Part shown: positions 35,493 to 49,279 of the stretch, in pieces
Position numbering within the stretch: the first letter of the stretch is position 1
How the letters are laid out: every line of letters begins with the position of its first letter
Assembly (NCBI GenBank): GCA_000708835.1
Contig: DF236955.1
Coordinates: forward strand, 1 to 64,000
Length of the DNA stretch: 64,000 nucleotides
Direction of reading: 5' to 3'
From: Klebsormidium nitens
Lineage: Eukaryota; Plantae; Klebsormidiophyceae
The notes under the pieces: generated by a model
Told to the model about the DNA's origin: nothing
The model's database searches: none
What the model saw: the letters and a program-made list of their open reading frames with translations, nothing else
Made by a program: the position numbers and the translations under genes

Positions 35493-38400
35493 TCACGCCG
35501 CCTTCTGCTTTCTTGCTGGAGCGATCGCAGTGACGAACCTACGGAGCGCGAAGCTGCCAAGAAGCGCAACCAAACCTAGCGCAGCGGCCCAGAATGCAAG
35601 CACGTCGAAGCTAGTGCGCGCGAACCACCCCATCTCCCAGCTCGCTATCTTCAGGTGATCATACCCAAAGGCGGCAATGTATTCAACGACGTCAGCGGCT
35701 GACGTCACCCCGCCGTACACTCGCATCAGCGCGGCGACCCGCTCAGCGGCTATACGGCAAGGGCTGTCCTTAGACGTGATGCTCCGGATCGCCTCGGTCA
35801 CGGTTGCGGCATCGCCGCTGGTCAACGTCTGCAAGTCGATCGAGCGCCCGGCCCCTGAAGCACGGATCCGCGCCGCCGTCTCGAAGTGGTCTGCAAGAAG
35901 AGCAAATACTGACGGTTATGCAAAGCCCGTTTCCGCACGGATCTGCAAGAAGAGCAGAACGAATCACGGTTAAGCAAAGCCCGATTCCGCTCGGATCAAA
36001 CAGAAGGTATTCTGGGGCGCCAACTCAGAGGAACATTGAGCCTCATGTTCCTCTGGATTGTCGCCCCAAAACACCTGCTTTTCAACTGCACCGGGCTGTG
36101 CTTCAGATCTCATGACGTGAATCAGTTTGTTCAGCTCTGACCTGGATCTGCCTTCTGCCGACGAAGAGAAACGGACTTTCGGATTGTAGGGCACCAAAGA
36201 TGGCTACCCCATGGTCTCACCAGCCATGAACGGTATGCACACAACCGGCTTCCCAAACGCCAGCGTTTGGTGCGTCCCGCCAGTTCCGCAGTGGCCCACG
36301 TAGCCGCTGACCGCGCTGTGGTTCAGGATCGCCTGCTGCGGAACCCACTCCTCGATGCGAATGCGCTCCGGCACTTCCACACCTACGCAAAAGGGCTCAG
36401 CGACTTCCATAATTAAAACAGATCACCTGGAGGTGCCGTTCGCCCTGAGACACTTAAGTTTACAAATACGTTCTGCGCATTTTAAAGTTGCGAAGTGTCA
36501 TGCAGAGATGCCGAACTGCCGGAAGACTTTCGCAGCTACGCAGAACGGCACAAAGATTTGGACCCGTTTTACGACCTTCGCACGTACACAGTAAGACGCA
36601 GAGATAAAGAACCGCTTTGAGGACTTTCACACCTACACCACAGTATGCTCAAGATGCGAACCCGTTCTACGAGTGTGACACTCATCGCATTCACACTTGA
36701 AGGTCATTGCCCCGAACTCTCACAACGACAACGACAACTCGTACGGGAGCCAATCTGCCGCTGAGCCGCGGCGGATTCTGGCACGCCACCAAGCAGAACG
36801 CGTTTCCCCTTTTCTGCCATCATACGAGACCGGGTGAGCTACTGTTCAGACCTGAAAACGTCTCACTGTCAAGTGAGCTTTGTCTTGGGACTGAGAGCAT
36901 CTTCCAACGTTCCGTCAAACACAGAGAGATGCACAGACAACGCCCCCACCTTCAAGGAAGCCGCGATTGCCGGGCCTGCACGGCCAGATCGCATGCACGC
37001 CGGCGTCGATAAGGCCCCGCAGGAACGTCCGGCCCTGCGCGTCGTTCAGGTAGGCCGAGCTGCCAAAGCTGACGAGGACCGTCGGATCTTGGTTGGACTC
37101 CCGGGCCTTGAGCCACGTGGCAATATTCTGAGAGACCGGCTGGATCGTGGAGGAGACGAGCGGACCTGGAGTGCAAGCGGATGGTGATCAGATGCTACCA
37201 GATAGCGGATTTGCACCTTTCGAACTTGTTCGAGGTTGGTAGCAATGCGGATAGAGTGGTCTGGTGAGGGACCCCTCGCAGCGGGATGGGAATCCGCAAC
37301 ACAGGACACGCCGCAAAGGAGCGCTTGTTTAATTTTAGGATGTCCAGGAGTGACAAGGAGCACAGGGGACCTACCAACGAAGGTACACGAGATTTCCCTG
37401 TTATTGCAAGAAAGCTGTGGCGACAAAACGAGCAGCCAAAAGTGAGGGCTTTTATAGTGCTCTCGCACCAGTTGTATGGAAGTGGTAAAAGGTGCCACAT
37501 CGAACGTCCGAGAAGCTCACAGAGAAAGTCTAAGGCGGTTGAATCAAAGAAAGGCTTTAAGAAAGGATTTAGGGAAGGCCCAGCAATGCCAACAAGCTGG
37601 CTGGCTGGTGTTCCTTTGTCCACATTTTCAGATGAGGCCTTAGGCGAAAATGCACATCTGCTCCTAGTTCTTCGAATTGCAACAAAGTTTCAAATTTTCA
37701 AGAAACTTGGCAGATAAGGGAAGTAGTCCCGGATTTCCTACTCGTATAAAGTGTTGCAAAAGCAGGATGTACGTGAACCAAAAAGGCTGTAAAATTAATT
37801 CGATCCTGTACTTTGATCAACGATCAAGAAAACTCTCCATTGATTGGAGAGAGACTCACCCACGAAAAACTGGTTCGGCCCCGCCTCCCTAGGAAAGTCC
37901 AGGCCAGGCACAGTGTTCACGAGCACTGGCTCAGCAACATATCTGTCCCCAACGCTTGCGCTCAGAAACTTGTACCCTGGAGGTTCCATGATGCCCCGCT
38001 CCTTGACTAGCTTCTGTACCTGGCTGTCCTTGTAGGCGCCAAGTCCCTTCCCCACTACGAAGAAGATGCTGTTTCCCAGACGCTTGAGGAAGGGCATGCG
38101 CGCGTCAAAGCCGGAGGGGAAGACGGGGTAGATCAAAGAGGGAGGCAGTTTGGCTGCAGAAAATGGTTTTCATTTAAGTTGTCCCATGTCGTCACATCAT
38201 TTCCGGAGCTGCAAAATGTATGGGAACTTTGCACATTTGGACAAAGCAACCAAGCGGAGTTATGGAGTTATCTGAAAATAAGAATACAACGGTTGTGCTG
38301 TAGACACTTGGCTGACCACTTGCCTTCTTGGATGGTCATGCCTGTCTACATGAACCATGAGAACCTGGTGAACAGACTTCGTTAGTCAAACCCTCTTACG

Positions 38401-39444
38401 TGGATACGGGCGGTCGACAACTGCGTCAGATACCAACGCTTTCATAGCATTGATTCCTGAAAGCGAACGTCTCAAGAGCTCGATGAACAGGAATTGAGAA
38501 ATTGAGACTTTAGACCGAGTTTAGATGAGGTATGACTCATAGGTGGTTGATAATCAGCTCTGTTGGTGGTGCATCAACCTTGCTGCACTTGCATTAAACA
38601 GTGAAATTTTATTGCACTGCACTGAACTTGATACACCAAGTAAGTCATCCAGTCTCCAGTCTTCAATCTCCAAAAGTCCATCCTATCTTCTTCTTGGTTG
38701 AATGGCACTCTTTAGGGCTCTGGAGCTCGAACTAATCCAAATCTCAGTCAGGTGGAACTTTTGACTTAGGTGTTCGTAGAAAGCTGAAGCCTTGCAAAGT
38801 GTCTTGGAGAAGGGCGCCTGGCAAACGTCTAGTTGCTCATTTGAGGAAGCTTGCTCACCAGCAAAGGAGTGAGGATCATTGATGACCACCGGCAGATCAA
38901 ACTTTTGTGCCAACCAGACTCCTGTCTGGGTCATTCCATCCGCAATGATGATGTCTGTACCTCCAAAAGCCCTCCCAACCTCAAAGAGAGGATCCAGCAC
39001 TTGGAACAGATCAACCTCCATCCTAGCAAACATCCGGAAAGCAGCCAAAAGGTTAACCGGATTCTCTGCCAGTTCTTCCAGCAGTTTCTCTAGCTCAACT
39101 TTTGTTTTGTGCAAGTTGCCTGCTTCAAAGAAACTGAGACCCGATTCTTTGACCACTTTCTCGGGGTTTCGATCACCTTCGATACTATTTGCAGCAATTG
39201 TAACGTTATGGCCACGTGATTGGAGCTCGTTTCCTAGGCTTATCAGTGGCATCACGTGACCATTGACATGGAATGTAACCACCAGGATGTTGAGCTTTCT
39301 ACTTGAACCATCTGAAGAGCGGATCGCCACTAGACGCCCACCCTCGTTTTGTTCATGTTCTTCTGACGACGTGGCGAAGCAAAGAACCAGCAAAAGCAAC
39401 ACGACAGGAAGCAGAGTGCTCCATGATAGACTAGCTCTGGCCAT
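35493..39444 (-). CDS. GT1 UDP-glycosyltransferase with ER type-I membrane topology; exons 39444-38859, 38153-37860, 37165-36950, 36382-36221, 35890-35493 (551 aa)
   Basis: Signal peptide (LLPVVLLLLVLCFATS), GHVMPLISLGNELQSRGHNVT, VLVSFGS, UGT signature WVPQQAILNH...GHCGTGG...GKPVVCIPFMAGDH, C-terminal TM and KQKAA end. Confidence 0.92.
35891..35995 (-). repeat. ~52-bp tandem duplication of the last-intron acceptor region of the UGT
   Basis: ctgcaagaagagcaaatactgacggttatgcaaagcccgtttccgcacggat vs ctgcaagaagagcagaacgaatcacggttaagcaaagcccgattccgctcggat. Confidence 0.85.
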
Positions 39445-42400
39445 TGCCCTAGAAATTGTGGTTCTAATTCAAAAGATTTCTAAATTTCTAATTCGTCCCC
39501 TCTTTGTTCCTGCAGCGATTACGCCCCAGCTCCAGAAGGTGCCACCACCAGCCGTAGGCACTATGTTGCAGCCAATTTGCTTGCTCATCACCTAAGCTGG
39601 GCACAAAGAGCTTGACCTTCTCTTTGGTATGGAGCTTGTCTTGACTTTGTGAAGTGCACCATCTAGGTATGAGAGACTGCAAATTTGTCAAAGTCGGGAC
39701 AAATAGTAGGTGAACGCGCGAGGGCCTTATCGACGGTTACAAACTTCAATCTTTTTTCGGACGGTCTCGTACTGCCCATCAAAATCGTGGACACGCGGCA
39801 GGACACGATGTGACCAGTTGGCATTATGAAGCCAACGCATGCTGCCACTTGGCATCCTAAGCAACGCGCATAGGCAATTCCAAACACACGCAGCTCTGTG
39901 CGTTGTTCAGCATTGAAGTCCTTTCCAGGTTGCAGGTCAGTCCTCCATATGCAGGCGCACGAGCATCCAACGGCGCTAGCGGATTCAAACTTCAAACAGA
40001 CTGAGAGAGTGCAAAGCTTAGAACTGCATTCTTTCTGCGGTGGTGAGACAGATCCAAGTAGGCCTTTCGCATTACTCACTGGCGCAATTCAACCCCAAGG
40101 CTTTCCACTTCCAAAGAGCTCTTACCACTTCCCCTATCACGTGCAGAGGTGAGTTCCTAATGCCTCATGGACCGACGTGTGATTATAGGAATGCTCTCAT
40201 GCTGCGTTTGTTCTGACGTGATGGTAGCTTCGAAAACGTGGATTAGCTGCTTTTGAATTTCGATTTGAGTGCCTCATACTGATCACTTTCGAGGTCCATT
40301 GTACACCGTTCGTTAAAACGCACCTCCATTCATCGTCGACCTCTGGTTCCTATCCAGAATTGAGCTCCAAAATTGCCACTTCGTCATGTGTAGCATTCGC
40401 ACAGTGTATCCGTGATGCTTTAAGGATATAAGATTTATCACCACTTCACCATATTTCAACTTGAATTCTGTACTGGATTGATACGCTTCAGTAGGCCAGC
40501 AGCAGCATGTCGTTGTGAGGTGTCTTTCATTCTTCTCAAAATGGTAAAGAAGATGCAAAGAATCTGGATGACGTTTCTGGATGGTGATTGGTCCTTCTTC
40601 AGATCATTGCTTTCCAAGACCTCCTGCGAGAGCGATCAGAATTGGGAGATTCTTGTGGAGAGGTTTATTCTAAGAACACGGTAGATTACCTTCAATCCAC
40701 GTTTTCTGACTTTCAACAGTTGTGACATGGGAGTTCTAAGACCAGCATGTTGCTAACTTGCTGAATGGAACTGATATCATTCCAGTCTTCTTCATTTTTC
40801 TGGCGCAAAATTTTGTATACTGTCTAATACAAGAATACTGGTGGACAGCTACTGCTGAGGCTTATCTGCTCTTTACTACACAGGACACCTGCGTTCTTCC
40901 ACAGCAAGCTTTTAGCCAGCTCCAAGAGTTTGCTAATTTCGACGCTCAACATGGGTTTCATCAAGGCTTGGTAAGTTCAACTTTTATACTTCGCTTGTGA
41001 ACAAGCTTGAGAGGTCTCCATCATGTGAGCTTGTAAGAAACCGAAAGGAAACTTCAGAAACACAGTGCAAATTTGGAGAATGCATAGGTATATGCACGCA
41101 GCTTTGCAGACTGGTGCATAAGGTTGACTTCATTTCAATCCGACCCACTCCAGAAACAATTAGACTCGTTGCGTTCTCGAACATCGTTGACGTGATTGAT
41201 CATGTAATGGCTTGCGTGAACAAGCCTATCGAATTTAAAGACTTATAATTGAACTGACTGGCTGGGATACTGGCAATTGGAATACCAAGTGGTCCTAGTA
41301 TTTTTGTCTGCAACTTCAATGGCTCCTAAAATGAGCTGCAAGCACGCGAATGGTACTTTAGTATAGCGATGGACAAGTTACGTGGTAGTAGCTCTTCGTA
41401 TCATGCTTCGTCGTTGGAGGAATAGATTGGCAGTGCCAAACATGGCTACAAGATACTCCGCCCTTTCCAGCTTTTGTAAAGTCTACTGTTCGGTGAATGC
41501 AAGGAGTGACCATGAAAGCCTAACAAAAAAGCGCTATGAGTGACTAATAGAACTGATTCTTCTTTCACTCTGCACTGCAGCCTGATCACTCTCTGCTGCT
41601 GCTTCGCCGTTGACGAGTGCGCTCAGTGCATTGAGGACATCATTTGCTGTCCTTGCAACCTCTGCTGCGGCGCGCCAGCGGACGAAGTCGTCACAGGGGG
41701 TGCAACAGCAACTTACTGACGTTAGAGTATAACGTGTTGTACGATATTGCAGACTGCAGCTATAGGAACAGGGCCGGATAGAATCGAAAGATTCAGGCGC
41801 ACGCGCGTGTTTTAGACAAGTCTTGCAAGATCGAGACCTCAAAGCTGTAGCTCGTAACTGAAAGTGTGTTATATTGAACTTATATTGCTCGCTTTGCTTT
41901 TGATTTGTTAAGCACTTTAATGCAAAAAATTCACATGTTCTTCAAGGCTGTTGCATGATGCTCCGACGTTCCATATCTAGCTCGAATCACACGAACGCGT
42001 TGATCTGAGTAGACTGCCCCGCGACAATGATCGAGCTTCGGTGTCCATTCACACGCAGTTTCTGGCAATGACATCGATAAAGATCACTCCATGCAGCCTG
42101 TATGAGGCCATGCGACAGAGCGATCGGACGTACCTATCTGGAAAGAATGAATATGCGCACGATGGTATTAGTAAGGCCAGCAAGCAACCAACACGCGGGC
42201 ATGTTCAATATAAGTTGCGCAGCATGCACAAGTGTGTCAAAAGTTTCTTGACCATGGTACTGTTCGTGATCTGAGTATACATAGGTATCGCATGCGTGCA
42301 ATTCCCCATATGGCTTCACCGCAATTGCATATAAACCATTATAAGACCATGCAGTCAATGGACGAAAGAATGATAGTTGCAAAATTATTGACGGACAATG

Positions 42401-42825
42401 ACAGCGCCACTTTATGTGTAACACTGCCAGGCTACATTCGAAACTGACCGCACAAACATACGAACGTACGACGCTTCCATTCGTGTCAACTGAAGGAAAT
42501 CGGTATATCGTGCTGATCCACGCACAGTCAGGTAACGGTGTCAGCCGCCGCAATTAAGAAGGTGCCGTGGATGATTAAAAACCGACGTACTTTAAGCCAG
42601 CCCGAGTACAGCGTCAAAGCTCTCAAAGCTCTGCTAGTGACCCCCAGCTGCAGGACGAAGTACACCATGAAATGCACCTCCCAACAGAATTAAGCACCTG
42701 AGTCGAGCACCCAACTGAATGCTTCGCTACCTTTATCACCTTCTGACCAGCAAGTCAATTGAATCACCTTCGTTACGCTACACCTCCTAGAAGGCTACAA
42801 CCACTCAACTGGATCGCGGCATCTC

Positions 42826-45800
42826 TCACAAGTACAGCCGTACCCCAATGTCCATCGGCCGGTTGTTCCCCGTGATCGCATAGCACACGACCGGCACCGA
42901 CGACAGCATCCGGAGCGTCATCGGCAGCACCGCCGCCTCGACCCCGACCGCGGCCGCGTCCTCCGCGAGCGCATCCCCGTACTCCTCCACCACGGCCGCC
43001 TTGCGCGCCACCTTCTTCGCGCTCCGCCCGCTCTCGCGCGCCTCGCCGATCACGACCGTCCGCGTCGACTCGAAGAACTCCGCCTGCGCGCCCTGCAGGT
43101 CCTCGAAGTAGATCCGCCGCTCGAGGCCGAACCGCGTGACATACACGGTCGCCCACTTGGGCCCGAGCGACACCACACGCGCGTCCGACACCATGCCCCC
43201 GCGCCGCTTGAGCAGCACGCACAGGAACACCTTGTCGCTCGCCTCCTGCGCCTGCTTGCTCGCCAGCTTCCGCTCGTTGCAGTAGGTCGCCACCCCCTGC
43301 AGCTCCGCTTTCTCCGGCACCCCGTGTGCCTTCCCGGCGACCGCCACCGCCCGCTTCTCCACGCCGCGGTCGCCCTTCTCGTCGTCCCAAAGCGCCCCGT
43401 GCCACGTCAGCAGCGCCTCCTTGACGTCCCCGGTCACCGGTCCCGTGAACGGCTGCGAATCGCCGCCGTCCAGACTCGCTAGACCTGAACTTACTCCCTG
43501 CAGTTCGCAGAGGTTGCTCTCGGCCTCGAGCGCCGCCGCAAGGGTGCGGTGAACGACTAGATCGGGGTAGCGCCGGATCGGGGAAGTGAAGTGGGTGTAC
43601 AGGGGGGTCGCTAATGCGTAGTGCCCCCAGTCCTCGGGCGCCCCCAGGAGCTCCCCCGTGCAAAAGTACTTGGCCAGGTTCATCGGCTTGGTCGCGCTCA
43701 GCCGGATGACGTCAGCGATCGCGGCGTCGTGCGCGGTCGCGGCACGGATCTCCTCCAGGCTCGCGTGCAGCGCGCCAGCGCTGCTGAGGTTGATATCGAA
43801 CCCGTGCGCTTCGCAGAGCTTCGCTAGCTCCTCGAGCTTTCGCTCGTTGGGAGGGGGGTGCCGCCGCAGGAGCGCTGCCTCGGGGAACGCCCGGGAGATC
43901 GCCCCGGCCACGCTGCGGTTCGCGAGGAGCATAAATTCCTCGATCAGCCGGTTCGCTTCCAGCGACTCGTAGACCGCCACGCCGTCCGGGTTTCCGTCCG
44001 CGTCTAGTTTGAACACCACCTTCGTGTTGTCCAGCCGGAGCGCGCCTGACTCGAACCGCGCGCGCCGCAGCGAGCGCGCGAGGTCGTTCAGCGCGATGAC
44101 GTCCGCGATGACGTCAGCCCACGCGTGGTTCCCGTGCAGCGCCGGCGGCTTGGGGCCGGTCTGCGGCCCCGGGACGAAGTTTTCCGGGTCGAACCGGTCT
44201 TCAATCATTGCCTGCGCGTGCCCGTACGCGAGCTTGCAGCACGAAGCGATCACGGTCCGGCCCATCCACTGACGAACAATCTCACCCCCGGGGGTCAGCT
44301 CCCAGATAACGGAGAAGGCTAGGCGGTCGACCCCCGGGTTGAGGCTGCAGAGCTGCTCGCATAGGAGCGGGGGAAGCATGGGCAGCACGCGCTGGATGAG
44401 GTACACGGACGTGGATCGCCGGCGGGCCTCCTGAAAGGGACGGGATAGGGCGTCTGAGTACAATTTCGGCAAGGAAGTTTGACACAGCGGCGGAACAATG
44501 GGGCGACGTTTGAGAACGGCTTCTACGAGAAACTTCGTGGCAAGCGATGGGAAGGGGCAAACACAGAGGAAACCTGAGCAACAAGAGAGGGAATTGATAA
44601 AAAACACTCGGCTTTGAAACGACCATTACAAGCGATCGCTTTTCAGCTTTTGATCCGTGCAAGACAGAACAGCGTTACAACCTCCTGATACATTGTACCA
44701 AATAAACCGAAAAGATTTTGCAGTGGACCAGGTTAGTGGTCAAAAGGAGAACGGAGTAGTAAGCTTGATCAAGCGAAAGCAGAAAGAGGTCGTCGGAACA
44801 AGAATCATCTCCCACCTTGTCGAGTTCGGTCCCCGGCCTCACGAAAAACGACACGTCCGCGATGTGCACCCCAATCTCGATGTTCCCGTTGCCCAGCCTC
44901 TTGACCGAAACCGCATCGTCCAAGTCCCGCGCGGTAGGGGGGTCAATTGTAAAGATGCGCTCGCCCCTCAGGTCCCGTCTGCGCGCCAGCTCGTCCGGAG
45001 GGATCCCCCACGGAGTCGGAGGGAGGCACTCAAGCGCTTCGGGGGGAAAGTCGGGCCCGTGGATCTTGTACATGAACATGATGGCTGCAGTTTCGGTCTC
45101 AATCTCTCCGGCCTGGCCGAGGCTTTGACGGACCACCGCGAGGGGCTGGTAGTGCTGGGCCTTCCAGCAGTCGAGGCGTGCCGCGACCAGGGTCGTGTTG
45201 ACGGTCGGGTCGCCCTCCCTAACCCGCTCCTTCAACCCGTCCGGTAACCCGTCCACCCACACCGTCATCTTCGGCATGCGCGGGTCCGCCGGCATCAGCG
45301 TGATCGACGGGCTCGTGAAGGCGGTAAAGGTCGGGGAGTCGTTACCGCTATCCTGGAAGAGTCCCTTCACGGGCGTGTCAGGCGAGGGCTTGGCCGGCGT
45401 GCAGGGTTTGGAGGGTTTGGTGGGGATCTGGAGGTAACCGACGAGCGCCTCTCGTCTGGACGAGAACTCCGCGATCCCAACGACGAAGCCGGTGGGCCGC
45501 CGATTCGGCGCCCCTTTTAGCTCCGCCGCTAGTTTCTCGACCGCCTTCTCCGAGGGGCTCTGCCGGCGCTCCTCTTCCGTTCCCGCTTCGCTGCCCCTAC
45601 TGCTGTACAGATCGCCCTCGGACAAACTCTCGGTGTCGTTGCAAGTATCCCGATCACCCCCCTCCTCAGACTCAGCAACCGCAAGACGCGCCCTCGCACT
45701 CCGTCCCTCCAGACTGCCAACCGCACTGCCGTCCTCGGTTTCCATGCTCCCGACGCTGCCCCCGCCCCGTCCATGCTCGCCGCCAGCCCCCCGCAGCTGC

Positions 45801-48512
45801 CGCAACAGATCGTCCAGCTCTTTCTGCACTTCGTCCGGCCCCTCTGATCCATTCACCCCCCCATGGCCGTTCGTATAGTCCCCCTTGGTCCTGCCGGCAA
45901 AGTTACCAGCAATCCTGCTACCCAAGCTCTCAGCAAAAGAGCTTTCGGTGCCCAGGCTTCCCACGCCGAGGCTCCCCCGGTCGCTCTCGTCCTCGCCGCT
46001 GTCTTCCAGCCCAAACATCCCGCCTCTAGTTGTTCCCAGGTTCAGCTTTTCCAGCACGGAAGAGAGGCCGCTCACGGAACTGGCCTCGGAGGGGGTCTCG
46101 TCGGGTTTGGCGCCCTTGAGGAGGGGCCACTTGGAGGGGGGGTCGACCTTTATGTACACGGTGTCGCCCTCAATCGCGCGGTTCTGAGCAATCAGGCCCT
46201 GCCGGATCAAACGGACATGATCAGGAGAAGACAACATATGGCTGCTGACGTACTGGAAACGAAAGGAAGCAAAACCCTCGTGCTTCAAACCCACGCAGAG
46301 GAAGCCTGCTACCAGCTTACAGATATCACCACTGAGTGGAATCAGAGAAGTGGAATCAGAGAAAAGGCACCAGCTATCCTGACCCATGCACTTCGCAGAA
46401 AAGCAAAGGTTGAACTGGAACCACACGAGATGACAGAAGAAAGTGAAACACGCCAGAACATAAGGACCGGCGTCCTCAACACGGCACAAGCTTTGAGTGC
46501 TCTTTGCCCTGGAACTTCTAGAAGCTTTCAACCATTCTGCACAACCGTAGCATGACCCTAGCACCACATATGAGCGATGACCTGCCAATATCAGGGCAAG
46601 CTTAGGCTATAGATCTCGTAAACTCACATCAATCAGCACGTCCGTCCCGATGCCCTCGATTGTTACGTACGCCTCCATGCGCCGGAACGCATTGACTCGA
46701 AGCACCGCCTTGAACAGCTCGCCCCGCTTCACGCCCTGGCTGATCTCCTCAGGCCTCCAATGCTCAGGATAAGGGGCCCGGGCTGGAGACGAGTTGACAG
46801 CTGGCGCCTTCTGATTGGTTCCGAAATGGGCAGGGGAAGAGAGGATCCCTGGGGTGCCTGACACCATCGCCCAAGCGGCGGCCGCCGCGTCCTGGACCTG
46901 CTTTGCTGGTGTCAAGAAAGCTAACTTCCCCGGGGTGGGGAGGAGGGCGGGAGACGGTGCGGCGTGCAGCGGGGGGCGCTTTGCAGCCGGGGTTTTGAGG
47001 GTTTGCGCCTTGAATGCCGGGGTTTTGACGTTAGGGGTTTGCGGCTGGCTGTTGGGACCAAAGGCGGTGTCAAAGAGTCTAGTCTGCATGCCAAAGCTCC
47101 GCTCGATCTCTTCGAACAGGTCCACCGGCCGCTGCAGTAAAGGGGGTGCCGACGGCTCGATGCGCTGGCTCGGAGGGGCGCTTGCGAGCAGGCCTCTGTC
47201 TCGGGGGGGACTGAAAAGAAGACCGTCACCGAGGGAGGGTGTCATCAGCAGGGCACGCTCGGTAGAATCAGCCCCCTGGTTGTCGGAAAAAATAATCTTC
47301 CTGGCAGGGGTAGCCAGTAGAGGCGATCTGGAACCCCCCGTCTGCGACTGCTCCGCTGCATGACCGAGTCCAGCTGCAGCATTGCCTCTTTGTACACTGC
47401 TGCCAAAAGAACTCTCAGTTTCGTGCAGCCCTTGTCTTTGCTGGTACGCTGACCTCGTCTGACGCTCCCCGCCATAGAAGGGACTCTGGGTGACATCATG
47501 CTGATGCACAACGCCACCGCGAGCAGAGCCCTCCTGAGCAGCGGAATAAGAAAGTGCTGCAGGAGAGGCACGCGCATGACTACCTGACTGCCGGAAGACG
47601 GGCGAGCTACCTAGCGCGACGTACGAGTTCGACGCTTGGAGCGGTCTCTGTAAACCCTGAGGTGCCACTTCATTGCGGGGATATTTCTTGCGAGCTGAGG
47701 AACTGTGCTGAGCAAAGTCTGGCTGCCTGATGCCCCCTGTCTGCCTCCCGCTTATTCGGGGGGTGGGAAGAAGGCCAGGGCTTGGAAGGGGTAGCTTGGT
47801 GGGGGTGGGACTCCGAACGGAAGGGAATGGCTTTCTGGTCCCTTGTGCATGGTCTTGAGATGCCACCTCGGTGTCCCTGGAAGGACCTGAGAAACAAGCG
47901 GAAGGCGCTATCAAAAAACCCTGAGGGATGCAGAAAGGTTAGCTGATGACAGTCATGATTGAGCACAAAGAAAAACCAATCAAGCAACCAATCACATCAT
48001 GACACCCTAAGCCTCAAGCCTCCCCCAAAGATCGACAAACCCTTGCTTTTGAACAGGTATTTGCTCTGCAGTGCTAAGTCTCAGCAAAGACCGAACATGG
48101 CAATCAGCAGAAAAAAGATTGCAACTCCTCCAATTCATCAATCGCGTGCATATCACCTGCTAAACCCACCAAACCTGCAGGTTGCCTTTGAAATTGAACA
48201 ATTTCCCAAGCCCCCCACAAAAGTGTGTGCAATTCAAACCATTTTCACTTCGAGGAATCCTTGAGGATGCAACAAAACGAAGAAAGCCAACACCATACCT
48301 GGAGATTCAAACTTTCTGCGGCCTCCTGACACGCCTTCTTCATTCTCGTCATCCCGCTGCATGCTTGAGGACCCTTGCACGCCACCATCCCTCCTCGCTT
48401 GCGAATGGCCCCCAGCGCCGCCGCCAGAAACTCTCTTGCCCGTGCTAGAGCTTTTTGACGGCTGAGGAGCAGAGTAAAGCCCTGAGGGCGGTGGAACAGC
48501 ATTGTACGTCAT
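42826..48512 (-). CDS. DIS3L2: RNase II/RNB-family 3'-5' exoribonuclease, DIS3L2/SOV type; exons 48512-48299, 47886-46628, 46198-44816, 44430-42826 (~1486 aa)
   Basis: CSD (EAYVTIEGIGTDVLID|GLIAQNRAIEGD), RNB catalytic TIDPPTARDLDDA, GVHIADVS, STSVYL, LIEEFMLLAN, HYALATPLYTHFTSPIRRYPD; no PIN domain seen; start codon less certain. Confidence 0.93.
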
Positions 48513-49279
48513 ATTGGCTGTAGCTCACTAGAACCCGGAGGAGAAAGCGGAACAGCAACTTGCTAAGAAAAGAGGACGCGCAACTGAACAGCTATTGCGG
48601 CTAGCGGACAATTGCAAGGAGCATCCTGCCAGAAGCTTGCAGGGGAACTTGGAAGCCCTGAAAAACAGAGCTCCGCCAGATTGTGCATGTGGCGCAGTGA
48701 CGTAGCTAGCTGTTTCAAGGTGACTTAGCAAAGTCACGACGGATACTTACCAGCCGTCGATAAGAAGTACGGTAGATCCGGTAGCTGACGGATAGAATTT
48801 CATCTGTGCGCAACGACCTGCATTATGCAGGCAGCACAAGTTCGAATGGATTGCTTCCGACTTCGTCCCGACCGACAAACTGCCGGCGCACCCCCGGTTC
48901 TCAAGGCTCGGTAGTCGGCATTTGTCTTTTAATAGTGAAGTCTGGCTGAGCATGCTCATTTCATACCGGCGGCAAGCAGCCGGCAGGGAGCCTCCGGGCG
49001 GGGGCCTGGCACCAGGCTCCGGCTGCAACTTGAAGAGGTGAGCACTGAACTTTTTTGCCTGCGCCACAGCTCGTCATTATCAATATCATCATCAATGTGT
49101 TGCTTCCTAGAGGCCTCCTAGGTAGGGTCCGAAGTGGCGATCCTTCTGTATTTAATAGGTACTGAGTGTGTCTCTTTTAAAAAGGAGACGCAACATCTCA
49201 GGATTTCGGAAGGGGCACATTGACAAAAGAATGGGTATGGATAAGTGGTGCTGCAGGGTATTTCAGTGAGGCAACTGCA

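Noticed and set aside
37195-37623. 142-150-aa ORFs inside UGT intron 2
   Set aside because: The UGT-like continuation (GPLV...VLVSFGS) starts at 37165 instead
39500-42700. Possible pseudogene or viral remnant in the 3-kb intergenic region
   Set aside because: A hand-translated minus frame had stop density close to random; no family motif
42773-47363. Long overlapping and antisense ORFs (e.g. 42773-43663, 45863-46555, 46815-47363) over DIS3L2; similar ones over NMD3, Kir and PAA1
   Set aside because: Shadow ORFs expected from GC-rich codon usage of the real gene
48747-49067. Possible upstream DIS3L2 exon
   Set aside because: GTG start, ends in a stop, no usable donor identified
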